This document shows, piece by piece, positions 25,807 through 32,000 of a stretch of 32,000 bases of DNA. A model generated the notes under the pieces. It did not search any database and was not told where the DNA came from. It saw only the letters and a list, made by a program, of their open reading frames with translations. Origin of the DNA: Micrococcus luteus NCTC 2665 (lineage in GTDB: Bacteria; Actinomycetota; Actinomycetes; Actinomycetales; Micrococcaceae); NCBI RefSeq assembly GCF_000023205.1, contig NC_012803.1, forward strand, positions 1,950,001 through 1,982,000, given 5' to 3'. Made by a program: the position numbers and the translations under genes. Each line of letters begins with the position of its first letter. Within the stretch, counting starts at the first letter, position 1.

Positions 25807-27105
25807 TCAGCCGCCCGGGACGCAGTCCCCCGAGGGGACCGTGGCTGTCATCCCCGGGGCCGCGGCGACGACGGGGGCGATGGTGTCCGCCGTCAGGGCG
25901 TAGCCGACGGCGTCCGAGCCCGGGGCCCGGGCGAACACCAGACCGGCCAGGTTCCCGGCGGCGTCCACCACCGGGCCGCCCGAGTAGCCGTGGCGGATGT
26001 CCGCCGCGAGGGTGTAGACGTCCACCATGCTCGCGGCACCGGTCAGGACGTCGCCGAGCGGCACCTCGCCGACGGCCTGCACGGTCGCGGGGGTGGAGGC
26101 GAGCGGGCCGCCGTCGGGGTACCCCAGGACGGAGGCCGACGCGCCGCCCGTCAGCTCGGCCCCGACCGGCATGACGGGCAGGTCCGCGTCGTCGACCGCC
26201 AGGACGGCGAGGTCGTGCGCCGTGTCCAGGTGGACGACCCGCGCCGCGTGCACGCCGCGGGCGCGGTCCGTCACGGTGGGGGCGTCCACGCCGAGGACCA
26301 CGTGCGCGTTCGTGAGCACGCGGTCCGGGGCCACGGCCACGCCCGAGCCGCTCTGCACCTGGTTGCACTGCGCGGCCGTCCCGGTCAGCCGGACGACGGC
26401 GGCCGACGCCGAGGAGGCGGCGGGAGTCGAGGGGGCGGCCGTCGACGTCGACGAGGCGGGGGCGGTCGTCGTGGCCGACGGCGGGGCGGACGGGGAGGAG
26501 GCGGCCGAGGGCAGACCCGGCGTCGCGGCCGGGGCCGGAGCGGCGCGGACGCCGTCGTCGGTCTCCGGGACGGGGGCGGGCAGCTCGAGCTCCGGCAGCA
26601 CGTCCAGGTCGGCGACGGCGGAACGCGAGCGGGCAGCCCAGGCCAGGAGCGAGTCGGGCATCACGGTGTCCAGCGCTGCGATCACCCGCGAGCGGGTCAC
26701 CTCACGGGTGACCGCGGTGGAGCCGGAGGCCGCGATGGAGAACGCCACGAGCCAGAGGACGAGGGCGCCCGCGAGACCGGTGGCGAGCGCGCCGAGCAGG
26801 CGGTCGACGAGTCGCAGCGCCGGCAGGTTCACGCGCAGCCGGATCGCCTCGCCGATGGCGGCGCCCACGTACTGGCCCGCCGCCACGAGCAGGACGAGGG
26901 TGGCGATCAGCGCGGCCCACCGCCACTGCGGCGCGGTGACGAACTTCGCCACCTCAGGCAGGGCGTAGAACGCGATCGCAGCGCCGCCGACCAGGCCGAC
27001 GAGGTTGCCCAGCACCACCCACAGGCCGCGACGGTGACCCTGGACCAGGAGCATCGCGAGCGCGACGATGAGCAGGACGTCCAGCCACGTCAGACCCAGC
27101 GGCAT
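25807..27105 (-). CDS. marP: MarP-family membrane serine protease (CvpA-like TM domain plus trypsin-like S1 domain; Rv3671c-like)
   Basis: 432 aa. It has four N-terminal hydrophobic helices, an Ala/Ser/Thr/Pro-rich linker, and a protease domain with LTNAHVV (His), HDLAVL (Asp) and HGYSGGPVV (Ser). An AGGAGG RBS precedes ATG 27105. Confidence 0.87.
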   Translation of the reverse strand: MPLGLTWLDVLLIVALAMLLVQGHRRGLWVVLGNLVGLVGGAAIAFYALPEVAKFVTAPQWRWAALIATLVLLVAAGQYVGAAIGEAIRLRVNLPALRLVDRLLGALATGLAGALVLWLVAFSIAASGSTAVTREVTRSRVIAALDTVMPDSLLAWAARSRSAVADLDVLPELELPAPVPETDDGVRAAPAPAATPGLPSAASSPSAPPSATTTAPASSTSTAAPSTPAASSASAAVVRLTGTAAQCNQVQSGSGVAVAPDRVLTNAHVVLGVDAPTVTDRARGVHAARVVHLDTAHDLAVLAVDDADLPVMPVGAELTGGASASVLGYPDGGPLASTPATVQAVGEVPLGDVLTGAASMVDVYTLAADIRHGYSGGPVVDAAGNLAGLVFARAPGSDAVGYALTADTIAPVVAAAPGMTATVPSGDCVPGG

Positions 27106-27279
27106 GGGCGACCTCCTTCGGATGTGACGGCACCGGCCACGCACGGGGACGGCCCGCGCACCCGGTGGAGGATCCAGGGTATCGGCCCGCACTGGGGTAT
27201 GGGGCACAATGGACGCCAGTGAACCGGGCGGCTCCTCCGCCGCGGTGTGAGGAACTGGCCACAGAGAGGACACGCACAC

Positions 27280-27957
27280 ATGGATCTCGAGGTTCTGCGG
27301 AAGGCTCCGCTGTTCACCAACCTGGACGACGAGGTGTTCGCCATCCTCACCTCGGAGCTGACCGAGGTGGAGCTCTCCCGCGGCGCGTCCGCGTTCCACG
27401 AGGGCGACCAGGGCGATCAGCTGTACGTGATCATGTCCGGCAAGATCAAGCTCGGCCGCACCGCCTCGGACGGCCGCGAGAACCTCGTGGCCGTGCTCGG
27501 CCCCGGCGAGATCTTCGGCGAGATGGCCCTGTTCAACCCCGCCCCGCGCAACGCCACCGCCACCGCGGTGTCCGCCACGCGCCTGGCCGGTCTGCGCCAC
27601 GAGAACCTGCGCCGCGCCATCGCCTCGTCGCCGGATGTGTCGGTCCAGCGGCTCCAGGCCCTGGCCCAGCGCCTGTCCAAGACCAACGAGTCCCTGGCGG
27701 ACCTGGTGTTCTCGGACGTGCCGGGCCGCGTGGCCAAGGCGCTCCTGGACCTCGCGGACCGCTTCGGCCGCCCGGCCGCGGACGGCCTGCTGGTGGCGCA
27801 CGACCTCACGCAGGAGGAGCTCGCCCAGCTGGTGGGCGCGTCCCGCGAGACCGTGAACAAGGCCCTGGCCGAGTTCGTCCAGCGCGGCTGGATCCGCCTG
27901 GAGAACCGCGCCGTGGTCATCCTGGACCTGCAGCGTCTGCGCCAGCGTTCGCGCTGA
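27280..27957 (+). CDS. crp: Crp/Fnr family cAMP-responsive transcriptional regulator (Rv3676 / GlxR-like)
   Basis: 225 aa. It has a cNMP-binding domain (...GDQLYVIMSGKIKL...GEIFGEMALF...RNATATA...) and a C-terminal HTH (LTQEELAQLVGASRETVNKALAEF). Start set at ATG 27280, with AGAGAGGA about 9 nt upstream. Confidence 0.9.
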   Translation: MDLEVLRKAPLFTNLDDEVFAILTSELTEVELSRGASAFHEGDQGDQLYVIMSGKIKLGRTASDGRENLVAVLGPGEIFGEMALFNPAPRNATATAVSATRLAGLRHENLRRAIASSPDVSVQRLQALAQRLSKTNESLADLVFSDVPGRVAKALLDLADRFGRPAADGLLVAHDLTQEELAQLVGASRETVNKALAEFVQRGWIRLENRAVVILDLQRLRQRSR

Positions 27958-27969
27958 CGCTCCCCGCCC

Positions 27970-28010
27970 TGGAGCGGGCCACCCCGGTCAGTCCCGGGTG
28001 GCCCGCTCCA
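27970..28010. terminator. Strong hairpin terminator for crp (perfect 15-bp arms TGGAGCGGGCCACCC / GGGTGGCCCGCTCCA)
   Basis: Hand-verified perfect 15-bp inverted repeat with an 11-nt spacer. It starts 13 nt after the crp stop. The stop codon of the convergent gene (27988-27990) lies in the loop. Confidence 0.6.
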
Positions 28011-28890
28011 CGCGCATCCGGGGGGTGCCGTCGTCGCCGGCCTCGGTGACCAGGTGGTATTCCGGCACGGGGCCACGCCGGGCACAGGGCGTGACGGAGA
28101 GCAGGAAGGCGGCGGCCGTCCGGTGCGCCGCGACCCGACGCACGATCACCTGCGTCAGCGGGGTCGCCACCTGGTCGAAGGGTGCCGTGCCCTCCGCCCC
28201 GGCGGGTCCGGGCAGCCGCAGCGGGCCGGCCAGTGCGCGACACGCGGGCACCCACGCCTGGAGTTCGGGACCGGGTTCCTCGGGTGCCGGCGCGGACTGC
28301 ACCGGTGGGGTCGTCGTGGCGAACACGGCCGTGTCGAAGCGTCGGTGGACGTGGGGCGCGGAATGCCAGCGCATGACGGGGCGCAGCAGGTCGGCGCGCA
28401 GTCCGAGGCCGCGCGCGGCCAGCAGATGGGGCAGACTCTCCGAGCCCTCCTCGAGGGAGCTGCGGCCCCCGCCCCAGGTCTCGACGCGCGCCGTGGACAC
28501 GACGTCCGTGTCGGAGCGACCGGCGAGAAGCACTCCGGCCTCGTCGTGGAGCTGACGGACGGCGGCCACCACGTGCTGCCGCGCACGCCGCCGGTCCGTG
28601 GTCCCGAACGTGTGGGCCCACTGGGAGGGCTCGGGCCCATACCACGGGCACGAGTCGGCGTCGGACTCGATGAGCGCGCCGCCGGGCAGGCCCACGCGGC
28701 CGAGCGGGGTGCGTCCCGCGCGGTGACGGAGGAAGACCTCCGGGCCGTCGTCGCCGTCGCGTACGAGCACCACGGCCGACGCGGGCCGGGCCGGGCGCAC
28801 CTGGCGGAAGCGCCGGTCCAGCCACTGGCGGGTGAGGTCCTCCTCCTGCTCCGGGACCGGCAGCAGCAGGCCGGCCGGATCAGCGGACAC
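27988..28890 (-). CDS. NUDIX-like domain protein with a degenerate or interrupted Nudix box (300 aa)
   Basis: It has ...AVVLVRDGDDGPEVFLRHRAGRTPLGRVGLPGGAL..., then, after an insert, ...AAVRQLHDEAGVLL, reminiscent of G-x5-E-x7-REuxEExGu. GC3 is high. The GTG start overlaps the RidA end by 11 nt. Confidence 0.5.
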   Translation of the reverse strand: MSADPAGLLLPVPEQEEDLTRQWLDRRFRQVRPARPASAVVLVRDGDDGPEVFLRHRAGRTPLGRVGLPGGALIESDADSCPWYGPEPSQWAHTFGTTDRRRARQHVVAAVRQLHDEAGVLLAGRSDTDVVSTARVETWGGGRSSLEEGSESLPHLLAARGLGLRADLLRPVMRWHSAPHVHRRFDTAVFATTTPPVQSAPAPEEPGPELQAWVPACRALAGPLRLPGPAGAEGTAPFDQVATPLTQVIVRRVAAHRTAAAFLLSVTPCARRGPVPEYHLVTEAGDDGTPRMRVERATRD

Positions 28891-29380
28891 GGACGGTGAT
28901 CTCCACCTCGACGGGAGCGTCCATGGGCAGCACGGCCACGCCGACGGCGGAGCGCGCGTGGCGGCCGACCTCGCCGAAGATCTCGGCCAGCACGTCCGAG
29001 GCGCCGTTCACCACGCCGGGCTGGCCGGTGAACGCGGGGTCGGAGGCCACGAAGCCGACGACCTTGAGGACCTGGGCGACCCGGTCCAGGTCGCCCAGCA
29101 GCTCGTGCACCGCGGCCACCGCGTTCACGGCGCACGCCCGCGCGAGCTCCTGGGCGCGTTCGGGGGTGACCTCCGCGCCCACCTTGCCGGTGGCGGGCAG
29201 GGCGCCGGCCACGAAGGGGAGCTGGCCTGAGGTCAGCACGAGGTCGCCGTCCCGCAGGGCCGGGACGTAGGAGCCGACCGGCGCCGCGACGGCGGGTCGG
29301 TCGATGCCGAGCGCCGCGAGGCGGGCCGCGACGGCGCCGTCGCCCCAGGTGGGGGCCGAGGACTGCTCCGTCACGTTCAC
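28880..29380 (-). CDS. RidA/YjgF family protein (Rv3678c-like)
   Basis: 166 aa with ...VLTSGQLPF...LKVVGFVAS...ARSAVGVAVLPMDAPVEVE, typical of the YjgF/RidA fold. GTG 29380 overlaps the upstream stop (GTGA). Confidence 0.85.
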   Translation of the reverse strand: MNVTEQSSAPTWGDGAVAARLAALGIDRPAVAAPVGSYVPALRDGDLVLTSGQLPFVAGALPATGKVGAEVTPERAQELARACAVNAVAAVHELLGDLDRVAQVLKVVGFVASDPAFTGQPGVVNGASDVLAEIFGEVGRHARSAVGVAVLPMDAPVEVEITVRVR

Positions 29381-29544
29381 GCCGCCTTCGGACGCTTGAG
29401 GTAGGCCACGGGGTTGTTCCCCTCGGGGCCCGGGATCACCGTGACGAGCTCCCAGCCGTCCTCGCCCCACTGGTCGAGGATCTGCTTGGTCGCGTGGATG
29501 AGGAGGGGGATCGTGGCGTACTCCCACTGCGTCTGCTGAGTCAT
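29377..29544 (-). CDS. DUF4177-like small protein (55 aa), absent from the supplied ORF track
   Basis: My translation of the minus strand is MTQQTQWEYATIPLLIHATKQILDQWGEDGWELVTVIPGPEGNNPVAYLKRPKAA. It matches my recollection of the conserved actinobacterial DUF4177 / Rv3678A-type protein found next to RidA. GC3 is high and the gene is translationally coupled to the RidA gene. Confidence 0.75.
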   Translation of the reverse strand: MTQQTQWEYATIPLLIHATKQILDQWGEDGWELVTVIPGPEGNNPVAYLKRPKAA

Positions 29545-29551
29545 GGGACCC

Positions 29552-29557
29552 ACCCTA
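29552..29557 (-). promoter_or_regulatory. Candidate -10 hexamer TAGGGT, 7 nt upstream of the DUF4177 ATG (leaderless-type), bracketed by the 7-bp inverted repeat GACCCAC/GTGGGTC
   Basis: The minus strand reads cagcTAGGGTgggtcccATG. The inverted-repeat arms lie at 29547-29553 and 29564-29570. Confidence 0.3.
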
Positions 29558-29613
29558 GCTGTTGTGGGTCATGAGGTTCTTGCCACGGGGTACGGGCTGA
29601 GATGAGACGAGCG

Positions 29614-29639
29614 TGTCGCGCGTCAGACTTAGTGGCAGG
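29614..29639. repeat. IS3-family left inverted repeat
   Basis: The first 12 nt match the reverse complement of the right end at 11/12 positions. An internal GGCAGG block is also conserved. Confidence 0.6.
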
Positions 29640-29671
29640 GCCGTTATGTAGGCCCTAAAGGAGAGTCAGAC

Positions 29672-29989
29672 ATGGGTAGACCACCCTCGATTCCGGCGGA
29701 GAAGAAGACCCGGATAGTGCTGAGCGTGCTGGCCGGCGAGATGTCCATCGCCGAAGCGGCACGCAAGGAGAAAGTCAGTGAGCAGTCCATCGGACGGTGG
29801 AAGGCCGAGTTCCTGGAAGCCGGCAAGACCGCCCTGGTGGCCGGCAGGTCCGGACCATCCTCCCGAGAGGAACAGCTGGAGGCCGAGGTCGCCGAGCTGA
29901 CCCAGGCCTTGGGCGAGGCACACCTGGAGGCCAGGGTGTGGAAGAAGTCCGCGGAGGGCCGGCTGGGCCCTTCGAGGACCTCGAGGTGA
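29672..29989 (+). CDS. IS3-family transposase OrfA (HTH / leucine-zipper part)
   Basis: 105 aa, MGRPPSIPAEKKTRIVLSVLAGEMSIAEAARKEKVSEQSIGRWKAEFLEAGKTAL...EEQLEAEVAELTQALGE. An AAAGGAGAG RBS lies upstream. Confidence 0.85.
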   Translation: MGRPPSIPAEKKTRIVLSVLAGEMSIAEAARKEKVSEQSIGRWKAEFLEAGKTALVAGRSGPSSREEQLEAEVAELTQALGEAHLEARVWKKSAEGRLGPSRTSR

Positions 29990-30936
29990 TCCGCGTGGAA
30001 GCGGGCATGTCGACCGCGAGGTTCTGCCAGCTCTTCGACATGCCCGAGCGGACCTGGCGCCGCTGGCAGGCCAAGGCCCGCACCGGGACGGCGGTGAAGG
30101 GACCGTGGCCGCAACCGGGACGGCAGGCCGCCAGGGAACTGGTGGTCAAGCACGCGCTGGCCCATCCGGCGTGGGGGCATCGGAAGATCTGGGCGATGGT
30201 CCGCCACGACGGGCATGTGGTTTCCGAGGCGACCGTGCTGCGGATCCTGCGCGACGAGGGGCTGATTCTGCCCGCGCAGTACCAACGGGAGCGACGGAAG
30301 CTGGCCGAGCGGCGCAAGGCCGCGTTCGCCACCGAGCCCTCAGGCCCGAACCAAGTCTGGCAGCTGGACTTCAGCGAGTTCGAGACCACCACCGGAGGGA
30401 CCTGGCGGCTGGCCGGGTGCCGGGACTACTGGTCCAAGTACGAGCACCCCTTCCACGTTTCGCCCACCGGGAACCAGCACGACGCGATCGACGCGATCGA
30501 GTTGGCCCTGGCCGACTACGAGGCCATGTTCGGTCACCCGCTGGTCGAGGCCTGCCCGGTCGATCCCGAGACCGGTGAGCTGTTGCCCGTGGTGACCATC
30601 GTGACGGACAACGGCGGGCCGTTCCGGTCCTTCCGCTTCGAGTCCTTCATCGCCGCCCACCCCGAGCTACACCACGTGCGCACCCGAGTGAAGACCCCGG
30701 GGCAGAACGGGTCCCGTGAACGCGGCTTCGGCACGCTGAAGTACGAACGGCTCTACCTGGACGAGATCGACGACGCGATCGTGCTCGCCGAGCGGGCCGA
30801 GGACTACCGGATCGAGTACAACGAGCTCCGGCCCCACGAGGCCATCTCATGGAACCGGCCCAAGGAGGTGCACCTGGGCCTGGCCGACCCCACCACCCCG
30901 ACATTCAAAACCAAGGAAATCCTGCCAACTACTTGA
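29797..30936 (+). CDS. IS3-family transposase OrfB frame (integrase/rve DDE domain)
   Basis: It has ...VWQLDFSEF..., ...IVTDNGGPFRS... and ...YNELRPHEAISW..., typical DDE/rve blocks. It is probably expressed as an OrfAB fusion by a -1 frameshift near 29965-29971. The coordinates given are the open frame, not a proven start. Confidence 0.85.
   Translation: MEGRVPGSRQDRPGGRQVRTILPRGTAGGRGRRADPGLGRGTPGGQGVEEVRGGPAGPFEDLEVIRVEAGMSTARFCQLFDMPERTWRRWQAKARTGTAVKGPWPQPGRQAARELVVKHALAHPAWGHRKIWAMVRHDGHVVSEATVLRILRDEGLILPAQYQRERRKLAERRKAAFATEPSGPNQVWQLDFSEFETTTGGTWRLAGCRDYWSKYEHPFHVSPTGNQHDAIDAIELALADYEAMFGHPLVEACPVDPETGELLPVVTIVTDNGGPFRSFRFESFIAAHPELHHVRTRVKTPGQNGSRERGFGTLKYERLYLDEIDDAIVLAERAEDYRIEYNELRPHEAISWNRPKEVHLGLADPTTPTFKTKEILPTT
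29965..29971 (+). other. Candidate -1 programmed frameshift heptamer G GGC CCT (X XXY YYZ in the orfA frame)
   Basis: Position 29965 is the third base of an orfA codon. A -1 slip gives GGG CCC TTC GAG..., exactly the orfB reading (..GPFEDLEV..). It is not the classical A AAA AAG motif, so confidence is low. Confidence 0.3.
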
Positions 30937-30945
30937 CGCGGGACA
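30921..30945. repeat. IS3-family right inverted repeat (overlaps the orfB 3' end)
   Basis: See the left IR. Confidence 0.6.
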
Positions 30946-30954
30946 GCGGGAGGG

Positions 30955-32000
30955 TCAGTGGATGTAGGAGAAGACGCCCATCATCCCGGCCTCGGCGTGG
31001 TAGGCGTTGTGGCAGTGGGTTAGCCACTGGCCCGGGTTGTCCGCCTCGAAGTCGAAGACGATGGTTTGCCGGGGTTTGATGATGACCGTGTCCTTGCGGG
31101 CGCCATGGTCGGCCAGCTGGAAGGTGTGGCCGTGCAGGTGCATGGGGTGCCACATGTCGGTGTCGTTGGTCATCGTGACCCGCACGCGTTCGTCCAACCG
31201 GAGTTCGAAGGCGCCCTCGAAGGGGTTGGCCGGGTCGAAGCGTCGCCCGTTGATGCCCCAGTCGTACTCCATCATCGACCCGGTGAGGCGTACCTCGTGG
31301 GTCCTGGTCGGGTCCTTGGGCGGGAGCAGGACGGATTCGTGTGCCTTCAGTCGGCTGCCATCGAGCACGGTTCCGCCCAGGGTCTGCGGGAGCCGACCGG
31401 AGAGCGTGGTCTTTGGACCGGCTGCGATGATGCCGTAGGCGTGGCCGGTCTTGCCCTCGGGCAGGGCCAGTACGGGCACCGCCTGGTCGCCGAGGGTGAT
31501 CAGCACGTCCAGGCGTTCGCCCATCCCCAGGACGACGGCATCGGCCTGGCGGGGCTGGACCGGGAACCCGTCGGTGTGGGTGATGGTCAGTTCCTGGCCG
31601 GGGATCCCGACCCGGTAAGCGGTGTCTCCGGCCGCGTTGATCAAGCGCAGGCGGATCCGGTTGCCCGGGGTGCTGGAGAAGGTGTCCGGGTCGGATGGGG
31701 GGCGGCCGTTGAACAGGTGCACGGGGATCTTCACGTCGCCGGCGTCCCCGCCCAGATAGTCGCTCTCAGCGCCCATGAGCATGTGCTTCATGGGCATGCC
31801 CGAGGAGCTGTCCTGGCTCATGGACCCGTGGTCCATGCCCGCCATGCCGGCCATGCCCTCCATGTCGCCGGACATGTCCATCCCGGCGGAGAGTTCCTCG
31901 ACGACGTCCTGCGGTGTTCCGGTGATCCCGTCGAGCCAGTCGTCCAGGATCACGACCCATTCCTGGTCGTAGCTGAGGGGCTCGTTGGGGTCCTCGACGA
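30955..32000 (-). CDS. Multicopper oxidase (CopA/PcoA-like copper-resistance type) with a Met-rich segment; 5' end beyond the window
   Basis: It has C-terminal copper ligand motifs WHPMHLHGHTF and HCHNAYHAEAGMM, and a Met-rich stretch GMDMSGDMEGMAGMAGMDHGSMSQDSSSGMPMKHMLMG. The frame remains open to nt 32000. Confidence 0.9.
   Translation of the reverse strand, partial: VEDPNEPLSYDQEWVVILDDWLDGITGTPQDVVEELSAGMDMSGDMEGMAGMAGMDHGSMSQDSSSGMPMKHMLMGAESDYLGGDAGDVKIPVHLFNGRPPSDPDTFSSTPGNRIRLRLINAAGDTAYRVGIPGQELTITHTDGFPVQPRQADAVVLGMGERLDVLITLGDQAVPVLALPEGKTGHAYGIIAAGPKTTLSGRLPQTLGGTVLDGSRLKAHESVLLPPKDPTRTHEVRLTGSMMEYDWGINGRRFDPANPFEGAFELRLDERVRVTMTNDTDMWHPMHLHGHTFQLADHGARKDTVIIKPRQTIVFDFEADNPGQWLTHCHNAYHAEAGMMGVFSYIH

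Larger units (their letters stand above)
29614..30945 (+). mobile_element. IS3-family insertion sequence (1332 bp) with orfA/orfB in a -1 frame arrangement
   Basis: It has TG...CA termini and imperfect ~25-bp IRs (TGTCGCGCGTCA...GGCAGG vs TGTCCCGCGTCA...GGCAGG). It encodes an HTH orfA and an rve/DDE orfB. Flanking GCG/GCG (29611-29613 and 30946-30948) is compatible with a 3-bp duplication but could easily be chance. Confidence 0.8.

Noticed and set aside
26400-26560. GC-rich low-complexity, repeat-like DNA
   Set aside because: It encodes the Ala/Ser/Thr/Pro-rich linker between the membrane and protease domains of the MarP-like protein. It has no regular repeat unit.
27246-27263. TGTGAGGAACTGGCCACA upstream of crp, considered as an autoregulatory CRP site
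   Set aside because: The half-site spacing is TGTG-N10-CACA instead of the canonical TGTG-N8-CACA (TGTGA-N6-TCACA). Only a gapped alignment makes it fit.
29611-29613. GCG/GCG (also at 30946-30948) as a target-site duplication of the IS3-family element
   Set aside because: It is not rejected outright, but a 3-bp GC-only match is expected by chance in this genome. It does not prove recent transposition, unlike the 8-bp duplication of the ISL3 element.
31790-31870. Repetitive CATGCC(N)GCCATGCC... pattern that looks like a short tandem repeat
   Set aside because: It is the reverse complement of codons for the Met-Gly/Ala-rich copper-binding segment (MEGMAGMAGMDHG) of the multicopper oxidase. 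It is a coding repeat, not a CRISPR, VNTR or regulatory array.

Overview
High-GC actinobacterial chromosome segment. The gene order closely parallels the Mycobacterium tuberculosis Rv3646c-Rv3678A region: topA, SF2 helicase, Tad-like operon, Nudix, nth, acs, marP, crp, RidA, DUF4177. The organism is probably Micrococcales-like (inference). I support about 31 protein-coding genes. I found no rRNA, tRNA or CRISPR array by eye. There are two apparently intact IS elements. (1) An ISL3-family element (9625-11081) has 24-bp imperfect IRs and a perfect 8-bp target duplication CCTTACCC. It sits on the -10 region of a GNAT-helicase operon. (2) An IS3-family element (29614-30945) has orfA/orfB in a -1 arrangement. 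It marks the switch to a visibly lower-GC region that begins with a Met-rich multicopper oxidase running off the window. The most system-like content is the 'helicase/secretion neighbourhood' (11097-18115). It comprises a GNAT gene translationally coupled to a DExH helicase with a DUF1998/MrfA-type Zn module. This pair converges on, and overlaps, a stripped-down Tad-like operon: ATPase, fused TadB-TadC platform, Flp-like pilin and two TadE-like proteins. That operon lacks the CpaE/TadZ(Ssd)-type gene, a prepilin peptidase and any envelope components. This neighbourhood is conserved and named in databases, but its function is unresolved, so it is my best candidate, not a proven novelty. Secondary leads:
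- a leaderless bicistron (67-aa basic Cys/His protein plus 215-aa acidic protein) divergent from topA
- a trhO-methyltransferase operon
- a shared 19-nt '-10 plus CRP palindrome' element upstream of acs and of an NSS transporter operon, next to crp
- recurrent leaderless-type TANNNT hexamers 6-8 nt from start codons
Many very long ORFs in the six-frame track are high-GC antisense or off-frame artefacts.
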